From contig CP181291.1 in the NCBI GenBank assembly GCA_052279835.1, forward strand, positions 2,496,001 to 2,560,000: a stretch of 64,000 nucleotides of DNA, written 5' to 3'. The notes below the pieces were generated by a model. The model made no database searches. It worked only from the letters and a program-made list of their open reading frames with translations, and was not told the DNA's origin. Below are positions 1 through 9,154 of the stretch, piece after piece (position 1 is the stretch's first letter; each line of letters starts with the position of its first letter). The position numbers and the translations under genes were made by a program. This DNA is from Microcoleus sp. Lineage in GTDB: Bacteria > Cyanobacteriota > Cyanobacteriia > Cyanobacteriales > Microcoleaceae.

Positions 1-439
1 AAACAATACCGTGTTCTCGGCGAATTTCGATTATGGATTGTTGTTTGAGCTTGGAAAGTTCCTCCACATTTAGCCTCTTTTTCATGCGTAGGCTCTTGAC
101 AATGATACCGATGATGCGTGGAAGGGATTTAAACCAGATGCCAATCAACTTGAGGTGCCCAATACCAGACAAAACATTGCGATGTTCTTGGTTGGCAACT
201 GCGCGATGCATTTCACTGATTTTTGCTGTTGTAGCAAAAACCATCCATATGTGGACAGCAATTTCGTCCTGAATAGAAGTGCCGCAATTAAACAAGACGT
301 GTACTGCATCATGTTGCTCGAATGCTTGTGTTATTTCCGCTGACATTTTATTTGTCATGTCACTTTCGTCTGATGCACGCAATTTGTGAATCGCCTCGCC
401 GAGGGTAATTGAAAACTCCGAACCAAAATGCTCATTCAT
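1..439 (-). CDS. Coq4-like putative metal-binding protein, truncated at window edge
   Basis: Not in the ORF track. Manual translation from ATG at 439: MNEHFGSEFSITLGEAIHKLRAS...FEQHDAVHVLFNCGTSIQDEIAV...IRREHGIV, open to base 1. Contains HDxxH-x11-E. GAGG SD-like motif upstream. Confidence 0.75.
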   Translation of the reverse strand, partial: MNEHFGSEFSITLGEAIHKLRASDESDMTNKMSAEITQAFEQHDAVHVLFNCGTSIQDEIAVHIWMVFATTAKISEMHRAVANQEHRNVLSGIGHLKLIGIWFKSLPRIIGIIVKSLRMKKRLNVEELSKLKQQSIIEIRREHGIV

Positions 440-476
440 GACAATGTTCCTCTCTTGTATAGGCTGATAAACAATA

Positions 477-504
477 TAAGCAAGCACTTGCTCATTTAAT
501 TGTA
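477..504 (-). promoter_or_regulatory. Putative -10 box (TACAAT) and palindromic operator AGCAAG-CA-CTTGCT
   Basis: Palindrome at 479-492; TACAAT on the minus strand at 499-504; about 40 nt upstream of the Coq4-like ATG. Confidence 0.5.
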
Positions 505-542
505 TCGCAGTTGCGGTCTCAGACTCCGATCGCCCCAAAAAC

Positions 543-584
543 AAAAATCCCCAAACCCTATTTTTAAAAGAGTTTGGGGGTTTT
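543..584 (-). terminator. Hairpin downstream of ndhD1
   Basis: CCCCAAAC...GTTTGGGG stem flanked by A/T runs, about 20 nt after the ndhD1 stop. Confidence 0.55.
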
Positions 585-604
585 CTTCCTAAATCGAGTT
601 CAAA

Positions 605-2191
605 TTACAACTTACTAGGCTCGATCGCCGGAGCACGCAAAGACACCGTTTTATCAGCAGCAGCCTTAGCCACCAAAGAAGGCACAGAATCGCGCAATCT
701 TGCCGTCAACTGAACAGTCGTCGCATCATAAACCTGAGTCAACATCTTCGGATACAAACCAATGCCAATAATCGGCACTAACAGCGCAGCAATGATAAAC
801 ACTTCACGCGGTTCTGCATCGACCAATTCTTCATGTTCCACCAATTCCTTATTTTCAGGCCCGTAGAAGATTTCGCGCAGCATTGAAAGCAGATAAATCG
901 GAGTCAAAATCACCCCGACAGCAGCTAAACATACCACGCAAACCTTAAATACTGGATTGTAAGCATCGCTGGTGGCAAAACCTACAAACACCATCAATTC
1001 TGCTACAAAACCGCTCATTCCCGGCAATGCTAAAGATGCCATTGAGCAAGCTGTCCACATGGCGAAAACCTTACGCATTTTCTGCCCAACACCGCCCATT
1101 TCGTCGAGCATGAGGGTGTGAGTGCGATCGTAAGTACAACCAACCATAAAGAACAAACTCGCCCCAATTAAACCGTGGGAAACCATTTGCAGCATTGCAC
1201 CGCTAATTCCCAAATCGGTAAACGAAGCTATCCCAATTAGCACAAAGCCCATGTGGGAAATCGAAGAATAAGCAATTTTCCGCTTCAAATTGCGCTGAGC
1301 GAAAGAAGTTAAGGCGGCGTAAACAATGTTTACCACACCCAAAATTACCAAAATCGGTGCGAAGACAGCATGAGCATCTGGGAGCATTCCTGCATTCATC
1401 CGCAACAAAGCGTAGCCACCCATTTTGAGCAGAATTCCTGCTAGCAACATATGGGCTGGTGCGGTGGCTTCGCCGTGAGCGTCGGGGAGCCAAGTGTGTA
1501 GGGGGAAAATCGGCAGTTTGACACCGTAAGCTATTAGGAAACCTGCGTATAGTAGCAATTCGATATTGGGGGCGAAGTCTTTAAGTGCGATCGCCCGCAT
1601 ATCAAAAGTTACCGTATCGCCATAAAAGGCCATCGTCAGCGCACCAACCAAAATAAACAGCGAACCGCCCGCCGTGTAGAGAATAAACTTAGTTGCTGCG
1701 TAGAGCCGTTTTTTGCCACCCCAGATGGACAAAATCAGGTAAATCGGCACTAATTCTAATTCCCAAACCAGGAAAAATAGCAACATATCCTGCACGGCAA
1801 AAACTGCGATTTGGCCGCCGTACATTGTCAGCATCAAAAAGTAAAATAGCTTCGGTTTAAACGTAACTGGCCAAGCTGCTAAAGTAGCTAAAGTAGTAAT
1901 AAAACCCGTCAGCAAAATCAGCGGCATCGATAAACCATCAGCACCGACAGACCAATTCAAATCCAGTTGCTGTACCCAAGTATAACTTTCTACCAGTTGC
2001 AGTCCCGGATTGCTGAAGTCGTACTGAGTGTAAAAAGCGTAAACAAGCAGAGCAAAATCAATCAAACCGACAATCAAAGCATACCACCGCACCGTCTTGC
2101 CATCCTTATCGGGAATTAAAGGAATCAGCAAAGCCGCAGCAATAGGAAACAGGATTGTTGTGGTTAACCAGGGAAAGTTAGCTGTATCCAT
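605..2191 (-). CDS. ndhD1: NAD(P)H-quinone oxidoreductase subunit 4 (NdhD1)
   Basis: 528 aa; FPWLT N-terminus, [25 protein letters not shown]; follows ndhF1. Confidence 0.95.
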   Translation of the reverse strand: MDTANFPWLTTTILFPIAAALLIPLIPDKDGKTVRWYALIVGLIDFALLVYAFYTQYDFSNPGLQLVESYTWVQQLDLNWSVGADGLSMPLILLTGFITTLATLAAWPVTFKPKLFYFLMLTMYGGQIAVFAVQDMLLFFLVWELELVPIYLILSIWGGKKRLYAATKFILYTAGGSLFILVGALTMAFYGDTVTFDMRAIALKDFAPNIELLLYAGFLIAYGVKLPIFPLHTWLPDAHGEATAPAHMLLAGILLKMGGYALLRMNAGMLPDAHAVFAPILVILGVVNIVYAALTSFAQRNLKRKIAYSSISHMGFVLIGIASFTDLGISGAMLQMVSHGLIGASLFFMVGCTYDRTHTLMLDEMGGVGQKMRKVFAMWTACSMASLALPGMSGFVAELMVFVGFATSDAYNPVFKVCVVCLAAVGVILTPIYLLSMLREIFYGPENKELVEHEELVDAEPREVFIIAALLVPIIGIGLYPKMLTQVYDATTVQLTARLRDSVPSLVAKAAADKTVSLRAPAIEPSKL

Positions 2192-2405
2192 TGCGTTTTA
2201 AAATTATCCATCAATTATTAGGTTTAAACATATTTTGGCAAGTTTGGGCTAAATTTTATACTTTCTTTATACGAAGCCGAGTTTTTGCAATAATTGCTAC
2301 GAATTATGCGATCGCAGAAGTTGAGTTTAATCAAAGATTTATTTCTATTGGCTAATTGTCAATTGTGAGTTATTAAGCTAATACCAGTTCTTAAAATATG
2401 TTCTG

Positions 2406-2670
2406 GTGGGAAACGATCGTGCCGATTGGTGTCAACTTAACTCTAAAAACCTTTGTATCTCTTGTCGATCGCTGAGTTCAGATCCCCCTAAATCCCCCTT
2501 CAGAAGGGGGACTTTGAGAGAATACTCTTATTCCATCATGGGGACTTTGAGAGAATACTCTTGTTCCCCCCTTATTAAGGGGGGTTAGGGGGGATCTAGA
2601 CTTCGAGACAAACAAAAGATACGGTTGGTTTGACGTTAATTTGACACTAATGGCAATGCCGTTTCCCTAC
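2406..2670. mobile_element. Nested REP/MITE-like composite element
   Basis: Inner inverted ends ATTGGTGTCAACTTAAC and GTTAATTTGACACTAAT; internal CCCCCTT...AAGGGGG palindromes; 23-bp direct repeat at 2507-2529 and 2540-2562; outer halves GTGGGAAACG and CGTTTCCCTAC. Confidence 0.7.
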
Positions 2671-4721
2671 AGATTTAGCTGACTCCAGAAACGATCGCAA
2701 AACCCAGAAACTGCGACAAACACAATCAGGGCATAAAATTGAGCGCGACCGTTTTCAATGTATTTCAATCCTTCGCCTGTTACCAGGGCGAGAAAACCAG
2801 TCAAATTGACCACACCATCGACGACTCGCAAATCCACTTCCATGACTTGCCGCGCTAAACGGCGACTGCCTTTGACAAACAGAAATTCGTTGATGTCGTC
2901 GAGATACCACTTGTTGAGGGAGAATTCGTAAAGCGGTTTGATTTTTTGGGCGATCGCCCCAGCATCAATTTTTCGGCTCAAATACATCAGGGAAGCCAAA
3001 GTAATGCCCAGCAAAGCAATACCCACAGAGCTGCCGCCCATGATCAGAAATTCCGTCAAATCGAACTCGGCGGCGTGTTCCAATACTTCTTCCAGAGACT
3101 CGCCAGGCGCGCGCACAAACTGCTCGAAATAATTGGCAAAGGGCGTACCGACAAAACCGATAAATACCGAAGGTACAGCCAGCAACACTAACGGCAGAGC
3201 CATTGTCAGAGGAGATTCGTGAGGCAAATGGTCGTGTGCGTCGTGACTTTCGTCAGTTGATGTCAATTCCTTGACGTTCATCGCCCCTGGGCCGAAAACC
3301 AGATTCGGTTGCAGCAGTTGCTGTTTGATGGCGTTGTTATTGCCCCGGAATTCGCCCTCAAAGGTGCTGAAATACATCCGAAACATATAAAACGCGGTCA
3401 TCCCGGCAGTCAGCCAGCTCACAGCCCACAGAGCCGGATTTGCTTGGAAAGCTTGGGCGAGGATTTCGTCTTTTGACCAAAAACCGGCAAACGGCGGAAT
3501 GCCGCAGATTGCCAAATTTCCGATTAAGAAGCAAGAAGCCGTAATCGGCATATATTTCCGCAAGCCGCCCATGACTCGCATATCTTGAGCCAGTACGGGG
3601 TTGTGGCCGACAACTGCTTCCATGCCGTGAATCACTGAACCGGAACACAGGAACAGCATCGCTTTGAAGTAAGCGTGTGTCATCAAGTGGAACAGTCCGG
3701 CACTGTAAGCGCCGACGCCCATTGCCATTACCATGTAGCCCAATTGGGAGATGGTGGAGTAGGCTAGGCCTTTTTTGATGTCATTTTGGGTAATGGCGAT
3801 CGAAGCGCCCATAAATGCCGTAAAACAGCCTGTATAGGCGATTAAATTCATGACTGCTGGCAACCCTTCAAATACTGGGTACATCCGAGCGATCAGGAAT
3901 ACGCCGGCGGCTACCATTGTGGCGGCGTGGATCAGGGCCGAAATCGGTGTGGGGCCTTCCATGGCGTCTGGTAGCCAGACGTGGAGGGGGAATTGAGCGG
4001 ATTTGGCGGCTGGGCCCAAAAATATCAGGACTCCGAAGATTGTTGCCAAAGTGGCGCTCAGGGCACCGGATTCGACTAAGGAGTGCAGGCGATCGCCCAT
4101 CACGTTAAATTCAAAGCTACCGGTGGCCCAGTAAATGCCGAGGATGCCCAGCAGCAGGCCGAAGTCGCCGACGCGGTTGGTGACGAAGGCTTTTTGGCAG
4201 GCGTCAGCAGCGGGTTTGCGATCGTACCAAAATCCGACTAGCAGGTATGAACACATACCTACCAGTTCCCAGAAAATGTAAATCTGAACGATGTTCGGGC
4301 TGATTACTAGACCTAGCATTGAGGCGCTGAAGATGCTGAGGTAGGCGTAAAAACGCACGTACCCGTCATCGTGAGCCATGTAGCCATCGGTATAAATCAT
4401 CACTAAAAAGGCGACCGTAGTGACGATCGCCAACATGACCGAGGTCAGGGGGTCGATGACGTAGCCCATATTCAGCGAGAAGTCCCCAGCAGAAGCCCAC
4501 TGAATAGTGCGGGTGTAGGGTGCGTGACCCTGTAGTTGACTCCACAACAATGCAAAAGAGAGTACCATTGACCCTCCGAGCGTGGAGACGATTAGTATCG
4601 CATTCCCTTGCCGGAGTTTGTTGGTGGCTTGGTTAAAGGTGATTAAGCCTAGACCTACTAGCATTGCGCCTGCCAGTGGCAGGACTGGAATTAGCCAAGC
4701 GTATTGATAAAGCAGTTCCAT
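2667..4721 (-). CDS. ndhF1: NAD(P)H-quinone oxidoreductase subunit 5 (NdhF1), apparent frameshift in the last codons
   Basis: 684 aa; YQYAWLIP, KSAQFPLHVWLPDAMEGPTPISALIHAATMV. C-terminus departs from the expected hydrophobic tail. Confidence 0.95.
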   Translation of the reverse strand: MELLYQYAWLIPVLPLAGAMLVGLGLITFNQATNKLRQGNAILIVSTLGGSMVLSFALLWSQLQGHAPYTRTIQWASAGDFSLNMGYVIDPLTSVMLAIVTTVAFLVMIYTDGYMAHDDGYVRFYAYLSIFSASMLGLVISPNIVQIYIFWELVGMCSYLLVGFWYDRKPAADACQKAFVTNRVGDFGLLLGILGIYWATGSFEFNVMGDRLHSLVESGALSATLATIFGVLIFLGPAAKSAQFPLHVWLPDAMEGPTPISALIHAATMVAAGVFLIARMYPVFEGLPAVMNLIAYTGCFTAFMGASIAITQNDIKKGLAYSTISQLGYMVMAMGVGAYSAGLFHLMTHAYFKAMLFLCSGSVIHGMEAVVGHNPVLAQDMRVMGGLRKYMPITASCFLIGNLAICGIPPFAGFWSKDEILAQAFQANPALWAVSWLTAGMTAFYMFRMYFSTFEGEFRGNNNAIKQQLLQPNLVFGPGAMNVKELTSTDESHDAHDHLPHESPLTMALPLVLLAVPSVFIGFVGTPFANYFEQFVRAPGESLEEVLEHAAEFDLTEFLIMGGSSVGIALLGITLASLMYLSRKIDAGAIAQKIKPLYEFSLNKWYLDDINEFLFVKGSRRLARQVMEVDLRVVDGVVNLTGFLALVTGEGLKYIENGRAQFYALIVFVAVSGFCDRFWSQLNL

Positions 4722-4959
4722 GACTGATGAAGTTTAAAGTTTCTACTAGATTGACAAAACTGTAAACAATTGTCACACAAGCCTGCATGAATGGGTAAAA
4801 ATGCTTGATTTTTTTAGAAGTATCCTGCGTAGGGGGTATTATCAATATACCGCTTCGGTTAATGTGGGGATTTCGGCGGTTAACTAAATTACACATATTA
4901 ATCTGCTAATAGATGCTGCTCCGGTGCAACCGGAATTGATATTACCTGCACAATAGAAA

Positions 4960-4996
4960 TTATATCCCCGAAGTTTTTAATAATTCGGGGATATAA
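4960..4996. terminator. Perfect 13-bp stem hairpin downstream of trxC
   Basis: TTATATCCCCGAA-N11-TTCGGGGATATAA. Confidence 0.6.
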
Positions 4997-5017
4997 TCGC
5001 TATGGCACTTAAAAATG

Positions 5018-5398
5018 CTACCTGTTGACTGCTTCCTGGGGTTGCAGCCGTTGACTTGGGGCATATACCCCAGAGGTCGCCAGCATCCAGGAGTCGAGAG
5101 TCCGGCGCAGTTCCTCCCGTCCTTGGTAATGTTCAAATCTAAATCGAACTTTGTCCCCTTCAAACAAAATCAGCGTCGGGAGACTTGTCAGGCGATAAGT
5201 GTTGGCTAATTTGAAACTTTCATCCGCATTCACCCCTAGGAGCTTGACTTTGCCTGCCCACTGTGCTTCAAATGTTGTGAGTGTGGGGTCGATCGCGCGG
5301 CACAGACCGCACCAGGGCGCCCAAAAATGAACTAAAACGGGGGTAGACGCTTGAAAAACCTCTTGTGCAAAAGTGCGTTCGCTAACGGACAACACCAT
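5018..5398 (-). CDS. trxC: Atypical cyanobacterial thioredoxin (WCGLC)
   Basis: Thioredoxin motif VHFWAPWCGLC; located between the NnrU-family gene and ndhF1. Confidence 0.85.
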   Translation of the reverse strand: MVLSVSERTFAQEVFQASTPVLVHFWAPWCGLCRAIDPTLTTFEAQWAGKVKLLGVNADESFKLANTYRLTSLPTLILFEGDKVRFRFEHYQGREELRRTLDSWMLATSGVYAPSQRLQPQEAVNR

Positions 5399-5442
5399 GA
5401 TCCCTCAAAAATTAATAAATTTTTTCTATCCTAGGGATCATG

Positions 5443-6156
5443 CTACCAGTATATGTTCCCAGTCGCACGCATCAAAAAAGGATGAATTTTCCACAGTAAG
5501 CTAGTAAAAATGACTACACCTACATAGGAAGGGCGCAAAAACTCAAGCAAATCAAGGCTTTGACGTTTTTGGAGGATAGCCAAAAATGGCAAAATTGATG
5601 TCCGAGATTTGATGGTTTCAAAGGATTCGCCAAAACGGGCCTGAAGTCGCCTGTCACCGTGCCATACTCCGAACAGGTGGTGAAGTACCAAACCAATGGA
5701 AGTCAGGAGGGTAAAGCTAGTGCCAATCCAGAGGGTGTGGGCTATGCACCAAATCACCTGTCCTACCATTTGCGGGTGACGGGTGATACGGATGATGCCG
5801 GTTTCGTAGAGGTGAACTTCGGGTTTTTGGATGGCGGCAATTTCGAGGAGGTTGAAAGTTGCTGGGTATAGAAACAGGAAAGAAATTGCCGAAAGTATCC
5901 AAACTAGGGGTTTGATAGCGGGGATGCCTTGTAGCTGCCAAAGCTGTATACCGTCGTAGCGGTGGTTGAAAAAGTAGACAATCAGAATGACTGCTAGGGG
6001 CAAACTGACTAGGGCAAATAAAACGCGGTAAAGTCTTGCCCCTATGAGCTTTTCAGCTTTGGGGCGGAGGGCTGCTAAACCGCTGTGGGCGGAGGCAAAA
6101 CCGAGTAAAAGTCCGAGAATAATTAAGTGGGAGTTGAGCGCCAAGTCGATCGTCAT
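5443..6156 (-). CDS. NnrU-family membrane protein, probable zeta-carotene isomerase (Z-ISO)
   Basis: HSGLAALR, FFNHRYDG, YPATFNLLEIAAI, GIIRITRHPQ, HHLFGVWHGDRRL motifs. Confidence 0.85.
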   Translation of the reverse strand: MTIDLALNSHLIILGLLLGFASAHSGLAALRPKAEKLIGARLYRVLFALVSLPLAVILIVYFFNHRYDGIQLWQLQGIPAIKPLVWILSAISFLFLYPATFNLLEIAAIQKPEVHLYETGIIRITRHPQMVGQVIWCIAHTLWIGTSFTLLTSIGLVLHHLFGVWHGDRRLQARFGESFETIKSRTSILPFLAILQKRQSLDLLEFLRPSYVGVVIFTSLLWKIHPFLMRATGNIYW

Positions 6157-7502
6157 CAGAAAAATGGGTAGAAACCCCGTCCTTTTAGGACGGCTTTACT
6201 TGAAGTTTTGTTAAAACCTGCTATTTCACACGGGACTTGCTAGAGTGTGAAAGTAACGCGCTCAAGGTGAGCATGACACTAAAAGCCTTCAGCTATCGAT
6301 TCTACCCAACGCCGGAACAAGAAAGTTTGTTGCGACGCACACTGGGCTGTACCCGTTTGGTCTATAACCGTGCTTTAGTCGCAAGGACCCAAGGATGGTA
6401 TGAAGATCAAAAGAGAATCGGCTATGCTGAAACTTCTAGTATGTTAACCGAAGGTCAGAAAACGGAAGAACTGGATTTTCTTAATGAAGTTAGCTGCGTG
6501 CCATTGCAGCAATGTTTGCGACACCTGCAAACAGCTTATACTAACTTCTTTGATGGGCGAGCGAAATACCCCAATTTTAAGAAAAAGCGGAATGGCGGTA
6601 GCGCAGAGTTTACCAAATCTGCTTTTAAGTTTAAAAACGGACAAGTCTACTTAGCAAAGTGCGCGCAAGCACTGCCTATTCGCTGGAGTCGAACACTGCC
6701 GAGCGGTGCGACACCATCAACCTTAAGTGTGAAGCTTGCACCGTCTGGTAGGTGGTCAGTCTCTCTCTTGGTAGATGTTGAGATTAAGACGTTACCCTCC
6801 TGCGACAATCAAGTTGGCATTGACTTAGGAATTGCGAGTTTACTCACTCTGGACACTGGTGAAAAAATTACCAATCCCAAAGGATTTAAGGCAAAGTATC
6901 GAAAACTCAGGAGAGCGCAGAAATCTTTAAGCTGAAAGCAAAAAGGGTCTAACAACCGCCACAAAGCACGACTCAAAGTAGCGAGAGTGCATCAAGAAAT
7001 TACTGATGCAAGAAAAGATAACCTTCACAAACTAACCACTCAACTGGTGCGCGAAAACCAAACAATTGCCATTGAGGACTTAGCTGTGAAAAACATGGTT
7101 AAAAATCGGAAACTCGCCCTAGCTATCAGTGATGCAAGTTGGGGTGAGTTGGTCAGACAACTTGAATACAAGTGCAAGTGGTACGGCCGTACTTTAATCA
7201 AGATTGACCGATGGTTTCCGAGTTCAAAACGATGTGGCAATTGTGGCCACATCGTTGAAAAGATGCCGTTGAATATCCGGGAATGGGATTGTCCTAATTG
7301 CGGGACGCACCATGACCGAAACATCAATGCAGCAAAGAACATTTTGGCGGCAGGGCTTGCCGTTGCAGTCTGTGGAGCGACCGTAAGACCCGAACAGAGT
7401 AAATCTGTGAAGGCTGGTGCGAAACCCCGTCAGGGACAGAAGCAGAAACCTAAATCGTAAGGTTTGGGAATCCCCATGCGTTCACGCCGGGGAGGATGTC
7501 AA
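6157..7502 (+). mobile_element. IS200/IS605-family tnpB-only element (IS1341-like), decayed
   Basis: Left-end hairpin CCGTCCTTTTAGGACGG; right end TCCCC...GGGGAGGATGTCAA; tnpB between; no tnpA. The exact left boundary is inferred. Confidence 0.85.
6273..7460 (+). pseudogene. tnpB: TnpB interrupted by an in-frame TGA
   Basis: ORFs 6237-6935 and 6987-7460 are in the same frame and read KSLS*KQKGSNNRHKARLKVARVHQ. Motifs YRFYPT, GIDLG, IAIEDL, CGNC/CPNC zinc finger, HDRNINAA. Confidence 0.9.
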
Positions 7503-7576
7503 TGTAAATATTAAGAAAAGTTATTGATTCGTGGCCAATTTGTGTCACAAAGTATCTATGGGAGCATTCAGCGGTT

Positions 7577-7651
7577 ATCAGTCCTTAGTCCTTAGTCCTT
7601 AGTCATCAGTCCTTAGTCCTTAGTCATCAGTCCTTAGTCCTTAGTCCTTAG
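7577..7651. repeat. Heptamer tandem array (GTCCTTA/GTCATCA)
   Basis: About ten consecutive 7-bp units. Confidence 0.9.
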
Positions 7652-7671
7652 CGCTAGGCCAATTTGCAGCT

Positions 7672-7799
7672 ACAGACAAATGACAACTGCTTTCTTGACA
7701 ACTGCCTGCTGCCCGCTGCCCACTGCTTTCTTGACAACTGCCCGCTGCCCACTGCTTTCGTGACAACGGACAACGGACAACTACCAAATGACAACTGAC
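7672..7799. repeat. Degenerate heptamer array (TGACAAC/GCTGCCC) upstream of rbcR
   Basis: Repeated CTGCTTTCTTGACAACTGCC blocks and GGACAAC units. Confidence 0.75.
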
Positions 7800-7809
7800 G
7801 AGTAGATAT

Positions 7810-8814
7810 ATGTCTGACCTTCCTTTCACTTTAGACCAGTTACGTATTCTCAAGGCGATCGCTTCTGAAGGTAGCTTCAAACGCGCCGCTGACAGCCTCT
7901 ATGTATCCCAGCCAGCAGTTAGCTTGCAGGTGCAAAACTTAGAGAGACAGTTGGACGTGCCACTGTTCGATAGAGGGGGGCGTAGGGCTCAACTCACGGA
8001 AGCGGGACACTTGCTGCTGAGTTACGGCGAGAAAATTTTATCGCTTTGTCAAGAAACTTGTCGAGCTCTGGAAGACTTGCAAAATCTTCAAGGTGGCACC
8101 TTGATTGTGGGGGCGTCTCAAACTACTGGGACTTATTTGCTACCTCGGATGATCGGGATGTTTCGGCAAAAATACCCGGATGTGGCGGTACAACTTCACG
8201 TTCACTCGACTCGTCGTACTGCTTGGAGTGTGGCTAACGGACAAATCGATTTGGCGATTGTGGGTGGAGAAATTCCTACGGAACTTCTGGAGGCTTTGGA
8301 TGTTGTTCCTTATGCTGAGGACGAACTGGCTCTGATTCTCCCTCCGTCTCACCCGATGGTACAACAAGAAACCATCCAAAAGGAAGACCTTTACAAATTG
8401 CAGTTTATTTCCCTGGATTCCCAGTCTACTATCCGCAAAGTTATCGATCAGGTGTTGTCTCGCAGCGGCATTGATACTCGTCGCCTGAAAATTGAGATGG
8501 AACTAAATTCCATCGAGGCGATTAAAAATGCGGTGCAGTCGGGGTTGGGCGCTGCTTTTGTATCGGTTTCGGCGATCGAAAAGGAGTTGCTGATGGGGGT
8601 TTTGCACAAATCTCAAATGGAGGAAGTGGTGGTGACTCGAGTTTTGTCGCTGATTTGCAACCCCAACCGCTACCGTTCTAAAGCTGCTGAGGCTTTCAGT
8701 AATGAAATTTTGCCTTCCTTTGCTACTTATTCTGGTATCAAGGAGAGAAAAGAATCTCCCGGCTTTGAGTTCGATCCTAGAGAGATTCTATCTCCCAACT
8801 CGGCGGGTAGTTAA
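7810..8814 (+). CDS. rbcR: LysR-family regulator RbcR/Ycf30
   Basis: [50 protein letters not shown] near the C-terminus. Confidence 0.85.
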   Translation: MSDLPFTLDQLRILKAIASEGSFKRAADSLYVSQPAVSLQVQNLERQLDVPLFDRGGRRAQLTEAGHLLLSYGEKILSLCQETCRALEDLQNLQGGTLIVGASQTTGTYLLPRMIGMFRQKYPDVAVQLHVHSTRRTAWSVANGQIDLAIVGGEIPTELLEALDVVPYAEDELALILPPSHPMVQQETIQKEDLYKLQFISLDSQSTIRKVIDQVLSRSGIDTRRLKIEMELNSIEAIKNAVQSGLGAAFVSVSAIEKELLMGVLHKSQMEEVVVTRVLSLICNPNRYRSKAAEAFSNEILPSFATYSGIKERKESPGFEFDPREILSPNSAGS

Positions 8815-9154
8815 TCTGTGGACTGGGGCGTGATCGGTGGCGGGTAGCCATCTCAAGTATTTGTTGATTTGGGAGGGACACAGGGGTACAAAGGGAGAGG
8901 GGGATAGAATTTTACTTTTTTTCCCCAAGGATTTAAGTATACAATTTAAAGGCGCGACTGTTGATTAGACTTCTTTAAAAAAGTAAGTCTTGAACAGGCT
9001 TTCTGGTCTGTTGCACAATAAATATGGTCGATGTCTATTAGATTGTTGTGTCTATCCCGGTCTGATTTGGTAGTGAGAATGCTTCTCCTCACCATGAGGT
9101 TGAATAGCTAAGGGTCGATTCTTCAATTCTTTTGTCTCAAATCTAAAATTGATA

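Noticed and set aside
33..343. Plus-strand ORFs 33-272 and 155-343
   Set aside because: They are shadows of the minus-strand Coq4-like gene, which has the motif and SD.
6273..7460. Domesticated nuclease-dead TnpB repressor (TldR-like)
   Set aside because: The internal stop codon and retained transposon ends point to a decaying IS.
6157..7502. IStron that would splice itself out
   Set aside because: Only about 115 nt lie between the left end and tnpB, too little for a group I intron core, and the host gene is on the opposite strand.
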